Source of the DNA: Ylistrum balloti
Taxonomy: Eukaryota
DNA length: 64,000 nt
Direction: 5' to 3'
Assembly: GCF_031769215.1 (NCBI RefSeq)
Contig: NW_026782295.1
Location: 310,001-374,000, forward strand
Both the position numbers and the translations under genes were made by a program. Positions 41,555 through 60,941 of the stretch are shown one piece after another (within the stretch, counting starts at the first letter, position 1; the number at the start of each line of letters is the position of its first letter). The notes under the pieces were generated by a model. It made no database searches. It was not told where the DNA came from and saw nothing but the letters and a program-made list of their open reading frames with translations.

Positions 41555-44500
41555 CAATACAATACAAATTTGTTTATTAAAGTGTCATATATCACAATTA
41601 CATCATATGTAAAGTACACAATATAAAACCATAGTGAGACCGTTGGGATCAATCATATTAAACTAAACCAGGTAAATCCAATATCATGAATTAAAACTTA
41701 CTTATCACAGATCGTAATCCAGAGAACAGGTGATTGGGACAGCCCCTACCTAACAAGCTCTCTGGATTATATACGAAATATATAAATTATAATATATATT
41801 GTAATACTAAAATAGGTCTCATCCATACTGTAGCTGCGTGTTATATATGAAATAATAAAACAATACACATGGCAAAAATTATTTATGATACATTCATCAG
41901 TAGTGAAATTTGGCATTCCAAGGGTTGGGGAGAACCCTACCATCGAGGTTTGCCAAACTTACGCTACCTACAATAATTAATTATAATTAATAATAGATAA
42001 TCAATCGATATAAAAAAGTTTCTGATTTACCCAACGAATCAATTAAAGCATATATTCTAAAAATGTAATCATACGTGATATTCAGCCAGAAATGGCTTAC
42101 AAGACACTGTTAAAACATTGATTACTCACTTAAAGTGCTACGTCTCCGGAACATATTGTATAAATTATTAGCAAGTGGAATTTGTAATTCCCTGCAAGAC
42201 ATTATAAAATCAAATTTTTCTAAATCGTTAAGGCTTAAAAAATCATTTCTTATTTCGATTCCTGCTCTAAATAAGGATGATCTAATATCATTATATACAT
42301 TACATTCAATTAAAAAGTGTATCTCATCCTCTATCGAATTATTTACATTTGTACATATTTTGCAAACACGGTTCTCCAATGGAATCTCAGGTTTGGTAAA
42401 TCTGCCGGTTTCGACTGCAAGAGGTAGAGAACCACATCTTAAATTAAAAATTACCCTCCGTTTACTTTTTTGTGTCACGAGTTTGACATAAGAATCTGGC
42501 GCTAACTCAGATTTAAAGGTTCTGTATGTTCTCAACTTGTTACCGTTTACACTATTACTATCATTCCACAAGCTGTTGTACCATTCCTCTGTATCTATAG
42601 TAATTAACTTTTCTTTAATATTTCTTATCTTGTTTCTAATAGAAAATGTCGAGTTTACAATTTCACTTAATTTTTTCTCTTCTATGACTGTAATAACTCT
42701 AGAATCCCAGGATTTTTTCAACCTTACAGACCATAGGTGTACTTTTTTCATAAGACGGCTGTCGTTACAACACTTTATTCTTAAAAACAGGCGTACCGTT
42801 TCTAAAACCTGATTAACATTACAAGAATGCCATCCCATATCACCTCGGAGGGCTAAGTTACTTGATCGACGGGAGGCGCCTAAAAAGTATCTACACGCTT
42901 TGTGGAGTACAGTGGACACCTCACGGTATTTATTTATACCCCATATTCCACAGCCATAAAAAAGAACCGGTTGAACTAAAGTTTGATATAACTTGTTAAA
43001 CACATCATATGTCATTTCACCGGCATGAGAATATTTTACATACAACGATGTTAGTGCTCTGCTCGCAGATTTACAGAGTTCTTTTACAGTGAAATGCAAA
43101 TCCATGTGCTCCTCAAACCATAGCCCCAAGTACTTGTACTTAGTATTTAAGGCGATAACTATATCACCACATGAAAACGTGTGATCAGTAACAGGCATGG
43201 AATTATTTCTAAAGTGTACTACATTAGTTTTATCTTGATTTATTTCGATTTTCCACTTTTTACACCACATATTTAATACATTCAACATCTTTTTCATTGA
43301 CTTTTCGTCGGGTCCAATGAGAGCAATATCATCAGCATAGAGAAGAATGGAGATGACACATGATTCTATATCTACTCCACATTTTAAATCATTAATGTCT
43401 TTAGCTAAGTCATTTATGTACATGGAAAAAAGTGTCGGTGATGCGTTACAGCCTTGTTTTAAACCTTGCTTCATAGTTACAGGTTGAGTAAGAACACGGT
43501 TTATTCTAATTCTACATTCATAATTAAAATATAAAGATTTAATAGCATCCAAGAAATATCCATTTAAACCATAATGTTCTAGCTTAGCCCACAAAAGATC
43601 TCTGTTTACACAATCAAATGCTTTCTTCATGTCAACAAAACATACAAAAGTAGATTTTTTCTGGATTTTTCGGTTATTTATGATAGAGTACAATAAATAC
43701 TGGTGATCTAAACAACTTCTATTCTTTCTAAAACCGTTTTGTTCATCTACAAGTAATTCATTCGTTTCTAACCATTTTGACAACCGATTATTTAAAACAT
43801 CGGCGTAAATTTTACATGGGATAGATATAAGTGCGATTCCTCTGTAGCTTTGAGGATTCAATGGATCCTTTCCTGCTTTTAAAATGGGGTTAATAATACT
43901 CTGTGTCCATTTGTCTGGTACTATGCCATTATTAAAACAATGAACAATAATTGTATATAAAAGATCAACACAAACTGGGTTTCTGAGGACATTGCTCTGA
44001 ATATTGTCGATACCGGCCGCTTTATTTAACTTAGCGCGATAAACAGAATCTTCAACTTCTTGACGGGTTATAGGTAGGTTCAATATAGTACTGTCGGTGT
44101 CGAGCTTAGGCCCCAATATACTTTCTATGTCTTCTGTTACAACTGTAGCGTCTGACGTGTCAGCGCCTTGAAGATTCTGGAAAGAATCGTACCAAACTTT
44201 TAAAGATTCATCACAGTTTTTCGTAATGTTACCACTTGCATCTCTCATTGTATTTGGTATGGTATATGATCTCTCTCTTTGCATACCAAGCTGACCTATT
44301 TTCTTCCAGAAATCGGTAGGGGAATTATTACACATGTCGAGCAATTCATCTTGTTTAAGTTTTTGGTATCGGTGCTTTTCTTGTCTAAGTGTTTTATTAA
44401 AAAGTTTACGGTCATTTATATATTGAATTTTTAGTAATCGCTTTAAATTTGCATGACCCTTACACTTAAGCCATTTTCTTTCACTTTCATTACTTTCATT

Positions 44501-44721
44501 TCAGTTCTGTAACTCTTCCGTCCAATAAGGTTTCCGTCGCAGAGTAGAGTTTATTCTCCCCATACTATCTCTAACCTTTAGTGTTGGTAACTTTGCCTCC
44601 ATTTCGCTTTCTATTAACTTAGTAAAGTCGCTGTACGCTTGGTTAACATCGGAGGAAACCTCTAAATCATGCTCTATTTCGTCAATTGCCGTTAAAATTT
44701 TCCTCATTGCATCATCATCAT
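41555..44721 (-). mobile_element. 5'-truncated LINE retrotransposon (L2/CR1-group-like), 3.2 kb
   Basis: One reading frame from about 44720 to 42122 with a single in-frame TGA at 44503-44501. RT motifs (YRGIAL, QNGFR, FVDMKKAFD, QG..SP.LF, YADD) and a C-terminal C..C...EDE.HF...C motif. 3' tail AATAAACAAATTTGTATTGTATTGT; AGATA direct repeat at 41550-41554 and 44722-44726. No endonuclease domain retained. Confidence 0.93.
42122..44344 (-). CDS. LINE reverse transcriptase ORF2 fragment (740 aa open frame)
   Basis: Provided ORF with a full RT domain, including LLYADDIAL; part of element 41555-44721. Confidence 0.85.
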   Translation of the reverse strand: MLDMCNNSPTDFWKKIGQLGMQRERSYTIPNTMRDASGNITKNCDESLKVWYDSFQNLQGADTSDATVVTEDIESILGPKLDTDSTILNLPITRQEVEDSVYRAKLNKAAGIDNIQSNVLRNPVCVDLLYTIIVHCFNNGIVPDKWTQSIINPILKAGKDPLNPQSYRGIALISIPCKIYADVLNNRLSKWLETNELLVDEQNGFRKNRSCLDHQYLLYSIINNRKIQKKSTFVCFVDMKKAFDCVNRDLLWAKLEHYGLNGYFLDAIKSLYFNYECRIRINRVLTQPVTMKQGLKQGCNASPTLFSMYINDLAKDINDLKCGVDIESCVISILLYADDIALIGPDEKSMKKMLNVLNMWCKKWKIEINQDKTNVVHFRNNSMPVTDHTFSCGDIVIALNTKYKYLGLWFEEHMDLHFTVKELCKSASRALTSLYVKYSHAGEMTYDVFNKLYQTLVQPVLFYGCGIWGINKYREVSTVLHKACRYFLGASRRSSNLALRGDMGWHSCNVNQVLETVRLFLRIKCCNDSRLMKKVHLWSVRLKKSWDSRVITVIEEKKLSEIVNSTFSIRNKIRNIKEKLITIDTEEWYNSLWNDSNSVNGNKLRTYRTFKSELAPDSYVKLVTQKSKRRVIFNLRCGSLPLAVETGRFTKPEIPLENRVCKICTNVNNSIEDEIHFLIECNVYNDIRSSLFRAGIEIRNDFLSLNDLEKFDFIMSCRELQIPLANNLYNMFRRRSTLSE

Positions 44722-45402
44722 AGATATATGGTCCTACTGTATACTGGGTTAGACAGAGACCTATTCCCGTGTTATATAGATGTATGGTCCTACTGTATAC
44801 TGGATTAGACAGAGACCAGTTCATGGATTATGTATACGTATGATCATTTACCATACAGAAAAAGATGACATAAAATAAAAATCATTTACGATGTTCTGCT
44901 GTAATTTCAGTTCGTTATCGCTGTATATTTCTGATGTTTTATTGGCGAAGCTTGACGTAAGCACAAGAATTTTCTCTTGTTCAATGAAACTTTAAGTTAG
45001 ATATTTTATATACAGTTTCCCATTATCAGATGGTGTTCATACGGAGTGAGTTACTGACAGCACAAATTTTTATGCTTGTGTTATGGATTCAAGTTCAAGG
45101 TTAAATGTCATTAATTGTTCATGTAGTGGTTTTAATGTTGGAGAAGACAATGATTAATCAGAAGATTTTGTTAATATAAAACCACAATGAAAGCCGAGAA
45201 CACCTTTCTAACAAGATTATAGATATCATTATAAGATGGCCTGACAGATCTATCCACACGTGACACTCCTCGTGGATCACGTGGTCCTCCTACAATCTGA
45301 TAAATCGTGTCACACGACAACATAAGGTCTACATGCCTATATATGATAACCCAAAACGTATCATCTTGTATTTCGATAAAGTCACCTTTCTATCGCCAAG
45401 AT

Positions 45403-46030
45403 AACAAGAGACCCAATGTCCTGTATCGCTGATACAGTTCCCACAAAATGAATTAATTCAAATCTAGCAGAACGAACTGCAAGTGTATAATACTCAAGGT
45501 TTAACTTGAATCTTCAATCTTATGCATCCTTTTCAAATGGACTATGACCCTTATGGCCTTGGTTATGGGCCAAGTTTATTGTGTCTGCAATGTTTGTCAA
45601 GATTCCAACAAGTCTGCCCATGTGACATTGAATATAGATCAAGGTCATTCATATCCACAAATGTTATCGGGCTTCATCCCAAGAACAAACATTTGGTTAA
45701 TCACTAGAGGTCATTTGAGTGCTCTGGAAAGCTGATTTTAGTTTCTTTGTGGGGCTTTATCCGAATACCTACCACGGTTTATTTGTAAATTTTGCACATT
45801 ATCTTCTTGACCATATGTAAGACGAGCTTGCTGCTTAATATGTTATCAAGAATAATTAAAGCCAATTATTATCATAATTGAAGGTTTCCACAAATCAATT
45901 TCTATTTATCAAGTTTTATACCACTTCCTCCCAGAGACCAACTAGATGAATATATGTATCGAGATTAATCGCATTGTGCACAAATTTAGCCACTGTGACC
46001 TTGAATATAGGACAATGTTATACTTATCTA
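45403..46030 (+). mobile_element. Non-autonomous dispersed repeat (MITE/HINE-like)
   Basis: Starts AACAAGAGACCCAATGTCCTGTATCGCT; a related terminus (ACAAGAGGCCCCATGGGCCTACATTGCTTACCTGG) lies on the minus strand at 10331-10365. Internal GTGACCTTGAATATAG / TCAAGGTCA motifs. Family assignment is from memory of bivalve repeats only. Confidence 0.35.
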
Positions 46031-48431
46031 CACCGCACCGTTTATTGGGTTTTATTCTAAGACTAGTTGAATATCAGGATTCTAGATTAATGAGTTAATT
46101 CAATTAAAATCTTTGAATGTTTTCAAAATCATTGACTGACCCCTGGTACTTTTTTCACAATGTCTTTCGTTGCAAATTATTTTATCGGGCATCTCACGAC
46201 TCTATACATGTATTTTGATTACTCAATGTTTTAACAAACGTTGCTGTGACTTTGAATTTCGGTTAATAGTTTCTGATAGTTAACTTTCCCCCGGGAACCT
46301 AGGAAATGAATATCATTACTCAAAACATTTTAAGTAATAAAAAAAAGGAAAAAGCAAAACAAAAAATGTGTGTATGATAGATAACAAGTCTGGCTCTTTT
46401 GACCACGAACATGGTTCAAGGTATTTTTTTCGCAAACTACGTTGGGCTTTCTGCAAGAAAACTATCTGTCGAATACCAAAATTTTCAGTTTGTTTGATAA
46501 TCAATTATTTAAAGTCGTTAAATGTTTAGAGAAAGTGTTACCTCTGTGATATACATTACGATAAACGTCATTTCTTTTCGCACAGGTACCGACCAGCTTC
46601 ATGAATATCAAGATTAATCAGAAAGTGGTTTACTGTCTGAACAAGTTTGACCTCACCTGCCAAGGGTAAATTCTGTCATATTTGATCAAAGTCAGACAAG
46701 ACACGTTCCAAGGAAAAGTTTACTCAAATTCCAAAGACAAGGCCGAATACTGTGTCCAGTACGGTTAGCAATTGCCGGGTATATATTGTGATTCTCTTGT
46801 GGTGTGAACTTTTTCAATTGTTTGACAGTTAAAAAACATTATGTGAAAATGGACTAGTTAAAAAAAATCATGATATTGTGACCAATTATACCAGATTTTG
46901 ACATTTTCCAGCTTAGTGAACACGGGATACGTGGTTAGCAGATAACACGAAAACTATCACTCGGATATAAAGTTTGACGGACGTTAACAACGACCACCTT
47001 CGCTTTGATCTAGCCGACTGAAAATCTGGTCTTCGGCTATCTTACTATATATGCAGTGCTTTTCTGTTTATCATATAGTACCTTTAGAATGGCACAGATA
47101 TTGGATCTCTCCTTTTTCCACTGCCAGAAGAGCTGGTGTATTGGGGACAAATGTTATCATTGTGTAGCGGTCATACACGTGCTGCTTATTAATTTCATGC
47201 AGAACTAATTTAAATTTAACTGAATTATTAAATGATACAGAACTATATCTGCGCACATTTCTTCAAGCATTTGAAAAAATTCCCGTTCTTTTTCTCTTTA
47301 TTGACGTCCGGCACCATTGTTGGGTCTGTATTTATTCGGTAAAAGCTTGGTCTTACTTTTCGTCTCGTTTTACTTTCCTTCGTTCTAATTCTTAATTACA
47401 TTAAATTTGAAAATTCCTCTTATAAGAACTAGCGAACTATCTTAAATGATCAATTCCAAGGTTACCTGTCTGCCATTTGTTTTATTTTGTTTATCAAAAT
47501 AATGCAACCAGCGACCAATGAGAACCTACATATAAATTTTGAATGGTCAATTCAACAATATCCACCACACCTCCACCCCACAACACACACGCACAAACAA
47601 ATAAACTTTCACTGTCAAACTCACAGAGAGCCGTCGGTCAGCCATTTTGTTTTTAAATTAAAGATTGAATTGTCATCACATATCTACCAACCATCTGCAC
47701 GTACTTAACTTATCTGCGCATTCCAGTAGATGACTAAGTTTCTGCCGACTAATAAGTTTCAGGAAACTATATATATGCTCAGGAAACTATGTTATGTATA
47801 ACATATGATATTTCAAGGGTTTTAACTTATCTTGTGCTCTTATAATTGAAACACGAAAAAACAACAGATTAAGAGTAAAGAATTTTATTTTCTGAAACAA
47901 TAAATGGAAACTGCTTTAGACATCATTGTGCAAAATAGACTACGATGTACATCGTTAATATCACAATATGGCATCTCACTGAGTGAGGACCCAAACATTG
48001 TACTAGCTTTTCTCAATAAACATTCACACACACTGTCGCATGCAGCTTTCTTCAAATAAAAAACCTTATCGGCAACGTGAACGTTTTGTATAATTCATTT
48101 CTATAAAAAAATCCAAACCAGTTTACAAATCTTCCCAATCAAATAACTATAAATACATCTTTACTAATTATACACCATCAGACAACACAACATCGAAACA
48201 TTTCAAGTATGTGGAATCAGACAACACACAATAAGAGCTACATGTGGCAGGTATAGAGTTTTACATGACAGTTATGATATTAAAATGCGTCTTGTCCTGG
48301 CAGGAGGGAAACACATTTGTTACGTAGGAATGTGTCTCTTGTTAAGAAAAGTTAATGAAATGCAACAAGCAACAAAACAAAAACATGCAGGAATGGTGTA
48401 TCAATGCACGCCATACATTTTTACACGGGTT

Positions 48432-56194
<7,763 letters not shown>

Positions 56195-59100
56195 CTTCAG
56201 ATTCTGTGTGCGAATTACACACTAAGGTACGCAGAATATATAGCCTCTGGCCCTGAACAAGTACGCGGTCGAAACAGTGGTATATAATAGCTTTCGGTGT
56301 CTTACATACACATAAACAGGGCCTAACGTTGGTCACGAGATTTGTCATATGACACACACGCTGTGTGACGAGTACAGTAGAAGTGAATACCCTTAGTCAG
56401 TGATACTGAGATTGATATTATGTAGCAAATGAGTGTCATGCACAGCATTGGCCAGAGATGCACTTATAAATGATGTGTCATGTCACTTTAGACCATACTT
56501 TTTTTTTTCATTTTTCAACATTTTAAACTAGGATTGAATACATTACACCTCATCTTCGCATTGTAATTACATACAGTCTAAGGGAGATCACTCGCATACG
56601 GAATATCAAAATCCTCATAATCTGCAACAACAAAAGTATTTAAGAAATGTTTCGAAAATAATGACATCGGAGAGCATGAACTTTACCAGCACGCTTCCTC
56701 CATGGCCAGTCAACAGTGCTTTTGTTTCATCAATAGTACTTCCGAGTTTCATGATGACCTGGTATGGTTTAACCACAAAGCATCACCTTTAGAAATCACT
56801 AAAACTATAGTTTGCCTCTAATTTAAAATACAAACACCTTTTAAACCAAAGCTAGTAGACAGTCCTCTCTGCAATCTCTGTAACTCTGAAAAGGGGACTT
56901 AAAAATGTATTTTGGGAATATGATAAAATATAATACGTCTATCTGCTGCACAATTTATCTCGTAACCCGCAACCAGCCACTCCGCCTTCCCTCAGTTCTC
57001 ATCCTTAAACCCCCTTTTCAATCGTGTAGACTACTCACTTTTTTCCTTGTTCTTATTTTTATTTCTGTTCTTCTTTGTCACCTCCATGTTGTATATATAC
57101 CAAATTTCTTTATTTCAACTTATCCTAATCACTCTTGATGTAAGCGCGCGAGGGTAAGTGTGGGAGAAAAACAGAGAATCTGGAAAAAACTGTCCGTTCA
57201 GACATCGATGATGCATTTGATGAAGAAGAAGATGATGATGATGACATAACACAACGGTTTTTGCAGGTGTGTCGGATTTGTCTTGTTTAATGAATATTTT
57301 AAAATCTCGAAAATACACATACTTCAGTGAATTAGTAATGAATCGAAATGTGCATGTTGTTTATCAATTTGAGCTCGTTTTTAGACAGTGTCTATTTCAT
57401 ATAATTGGTTGGCGTTATACGGGGAGTACTTGTAGGAAAAAAACCCATTTTAAATCATGTCAATTTCACCGTTGTAAAATAATATTTACGTTTAGAAAAA
57501 ATAAAAGAAAAGTACACAAATTCAAGAAAGCGAAAATGCTATCATAGTATTTTGATTCATATTAGAGTAAAGTGCAGAGCACCTATGCTCCATGCCTTTC
57601 ACTTTCGGAGGTTTTTTTCTCGGATGTATAAAGTCCCGAAATCGCGTCCTGGACGTGAACAAAACGAGTTCTTCATGTTGCCTGTATAGAGCTTCGCTTT
57701 TAATATATTCACCTAAATCACAAATGTCATATGCTTTATTATCTTAGAAGAAAAGCGTTATACCACCGCAGACTATCACACAATCATTGGCAAGTTAGTT
57801 CTACAAATAGTATTTGATATAGCACATCACAGAACAAAAGCTATTTTTAAACTTTTAGAATAACATAACTCTTACTTATACCTTTATTCAAGAAGGGTCA
57901 TAGGCATCTTTCAATAAATAATTGATCCATATCGTTGTTGTCCGTCATCTGAAAGAGCTTATTTCAAAATTATATTTATCTATTTTTTTATGGAAAAGCC
58001 CCCGCGGATGGTAGATAAACAGAAAAAAATAAACACAAATAAACACACATACACACTTGAAATCGAAACTAAAAGATCATATAAATTGTAGGTATAGAAC
58101 GAACTCTTTACTTCTGATCTATCGAATGGTTAGAATTATTCTTGTCTACAAAATATACCATCAACTTATTGTTATGTAGCTACAGGCGATTTTTCGTGTA
58201 TTTCAGTATCTATTTATTGTCTTTGTGTAAGTTGATCACACGGTTGTCTTGATATTCAGTGAATGTATTTTTGTGTATTAAGAGTTTTTCCGCTTTGTTG
58301 TTTACAGGTGTGTAAACTTATTTTTTACCAACAACTGAAATGATGCGCGGTATACGGAATACAGGTACACATTAAGTTACTTTAGGTAATGAAATGACGT
58401 CACATGTAACGTTACAATGGAGACAATAGATAGTGAGCGAGCATAACTTCAAATTTTTACGTAGAAATGTCCGTTTTCTTCTATTTTTTTCAGAAAAAAA
58501 TTATCATGTGCTAATCAGGATCTTAAATTCGTCTCCATTTGATATGTGATTTATGATTTTTTTTTTCATTTTAAGTCACCCAAGACTTGCTAACAATAAA
58601 CAGAAATCACAGACTTGTTTCACAAACTATATATAAAACGAAAACTCATGCAAAAAGTTTATACACATGTTTTAGATAAATGAAAGGTCTCTGTCCAGTT
58701 CACTTAAAAGTGTCGCTACTGCTTGAATTGGACATCGTGCTTCCAGTTCACGTGATAAATGTTTATATATAATCACTTTAATTTTGAATTGACCAGATGT
58801 GTTTCCGTGAATTCTGATTGTCCGAACTGACATCAGGAAAAAAATTTTAATGCTGACAATACTTTGAAAAGTGATAGGAAGTAGTTCTTTGTTGTTTTCA
58901 ATGTCATGATTGATTAAATGTTAGTTTTTATCTAAATTTGGCATTCAGCACTGTCTGTTATGAATGTGTAAGACGAAACGAATAACTATGTTATAAATAT
59001 ATTTGAATAACTCTGAAAATGATGGAAAAGTACAAGTCTTCTACATGATTCCCTAACGAAGAGCCAGGCATGATTTCATCTCTTATTTTTATATCGAAAC

Positions 59101-59410
59101 TTTTTTTTCACGGCTGTACTTCTGCAAGTACATAAATTTGCACTCAACATCTCTGAAAACATATGGCAAAGACTTCCTTGAAATGGTAAATATATATATA
59201 TGTTTTATTTCATCCACTGCATCATTGCTGAATTTGTCATGTGTTACACAGAAGTAAAAGAATCCGACTTCAATATTGGTCATGGATACATTTTCAATTG
59301 GTGCTATATTGCGGCGTTAATGGATAAGACGATTTAATATAAACAGAGTGTGAGGCTAAAGAATGACGCCCTCGTGAGTAGGAAGGAAAACTGTGAATAA
59401 CGAGCAAAGA

Positions 59411-59811
59411 TAACGAGCCTAGTCTCTGGAATGAAGTAGGACTGTAGACAGCAAGCGAAGTCTGTAGACTGAAGCAAGGCTGTAACTAACGAGCGAAGTC
59501 TTTGGAATGAAGTAGGACTGTAGACAGCAAGCGAAGTCTGTAGACTGAAGCAAGGCTGTAACTAACGAGCGAAGTCTTTGGAATGAAGTAGGACTGTAGA
59601 CAGCAAGCGAAGTCTGTAGACTGAAGCAAGGCTGTAACTAACGAGCGAAGTCTTTGGAATGAAGTAGGACTGTAGACAGCAAGCGAAGTCTGTAGACTGA
59701 AGCAAGGCTGTAACTAACGAGCGAAGTATTTGGAATGAAGTAGGACTGTAGACAGCAAGCGAAGTCTGGAGACTGAAGCAAGGCTGTAACTAACGAGCGA
59801 AGTCTTTGGAA
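59411..59811. repeat. 76-bp minisatellite, about 5.3 copies, built from two related ~38-bp halves
   Basis: Unit starts at 59411, 59487, 59563, 59639, 59715, 59791. Confidence 0.95.
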
Positions 59812-60233
59812 CATGAAGATAAATTGTTTTAATTGGTGTCATTATATGCTCATTTTTTGTATCATATTTCTATTGTATATAAGCGATAATTGTCTCTAGA
59901 CTCTGTCATAATCAAAGACCGAGAGCATCTTCGGAATGACATCACAATTTCAGGTTATAGAGATCTGACAACTCGAGTTTTTAAGACATCAATGTGAAAG
60001 AATCTGTACCCTGTGATATGTATTAGTTAATAGTCATTTTGTAAGTTAATCATGCACCTTTTCACACTCATATGTCCTTTGTTAGTAATTACGGAGATAA
60101 TCTGATTATGTACTAGAAAAAGTAGTAGTGTCGTTAAGAGTTCATATAGACAAGCACCAAGAACAGTCAGCATGAGAAACGGAAACCCTGTATAGTCCAC
60201 TGAGCTGCTGAATGGCATTTATGAACATCATGG

Positions 60234-60941
60234 CTACAGTTCGCTGAGCTTCTTCACAGCGGCTGCTGTATCGGCCCTGGAGAGGTTCTCGGCATAATAT
60301 CTGTACACTGCTGTTATTTTCTTATCATCTGCAATCGTAGGGACGACACTTGGATGCGAGTGACAGGCTTCCATCCATTTATGGAATTTCCTGTACCGGT
60401 CATTGTTTGGAACTTCAAAATCACGGTAGTGCTTTAACACGGGGCCGAATCGGAGGGTAAATGGACACAACATCATGTCCACCATCCCAAAGGTCTTACC
60501 ACTGAAAAAGGGGCCTTCGTCGCTAATGGCGTCGGAAAACTTGGCCAAATCCTCTAACAGTGCCAATTTTATCTTTTCTTGTGGTTCCTTTTCCTGGGCA
60601 GCCAACATCTTGTAGAAAGGCGGTACAAGTTTTGAGGAAATGAATTCGCTCCATATCCGGACTTGTGCCTTATCGTATGGATCTTGTGGTAGGATCTGTT
60701 TGCCCTCCGACTTGAGCTCGTCCACGTACTGTATGCAAACGCCCGACTCAAAGATAGAGGTTCCGTCCTCCCGCACAATAACCGGCACCAGGCCGTTAGG
60801 GTTTACAGCCATAAGTTGAGGGGGCTTTTCGTAAGGGTTGATCTCCACGTAGTCGAACGGCAGTCCCTTCTCAATGAAAGCTATCCATGCCCTCTGAGCA
60901 AAGGGACAAAACCAGGCACAATATAACTTAAGATTGGGCAT
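60234..60941 (-). CDS. Glutathione S-transferase, omega-like (Cys-dependent, CPFA motif); intronless CDS, 235 aa
   Basis: MPNLKLYCAWFCPFAQRAWIAFIEKGLPFDYVEINPYEKP...NPNGLVPVI...IFESGVCIQYVDE (thioredoxin-like GST-N), followed by a helical GST-C (GPFFSGKTFGMVDMMLCPF). ATG lies 3 nt after a strong acceptor (TTTCTTTTTATACAG at 60945-60959). Confidence 0.88.
   Translation of the reverse strand: MPNLKLYCAWFCPFAQRAWIAFIEKGLPFDYVEINPYEKPPQLMAVNPNGLVPVIVREDGTSIFESGVCIQYVDELKSEGKQILPQDPYDKAQVRIWSEFISSKLVPPFYKMLAAQEKEPQEKIKLALLEDLAKFSDAISDEGPFFSGKTFGMVDMMLCPFTLRFGPVLKHYRDFEVPNNDRYRKFHKWMEACHSHPSVVPTIADDKKITAVYRYYAENLSRADTAAAVKKLSEL

Larger units (their letters stand above)
41447..44820. repeat. 56-bp degenerate minisatellite interrupted by the LINE
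   Basis: Unit ATGGTCCTACTGTATACTGGGTTAGACAGAGACCTATTCCCGTGTTATATAGAT at about 41447 (degenerate), 41500, 44728 and 44784. Removing the LINE and one TSD restores the 56-nt period. Confidence 0.8.

Noticed and set aside
42135-42812. Plus-strand ORFs within the LINE
   Set aside because: They are antisense to the RT ORF, with low-complexity L/I/F/S composition typical of shadow ORFs.
56905-57138. 77-aa ORF with a hydrophobic stretch
   Set aside because: The hydrophobicity arises from a T-rich polypyrimidine tract; no homology recognised.
58308-58367. Plus-strand exon-like segment (acceptor TTTACAG|GTG, donor ACAG|GTACAC)
   Set aside because: All three frames from the acceptor contain stops and the donor is weak; not included in the host-gene model.
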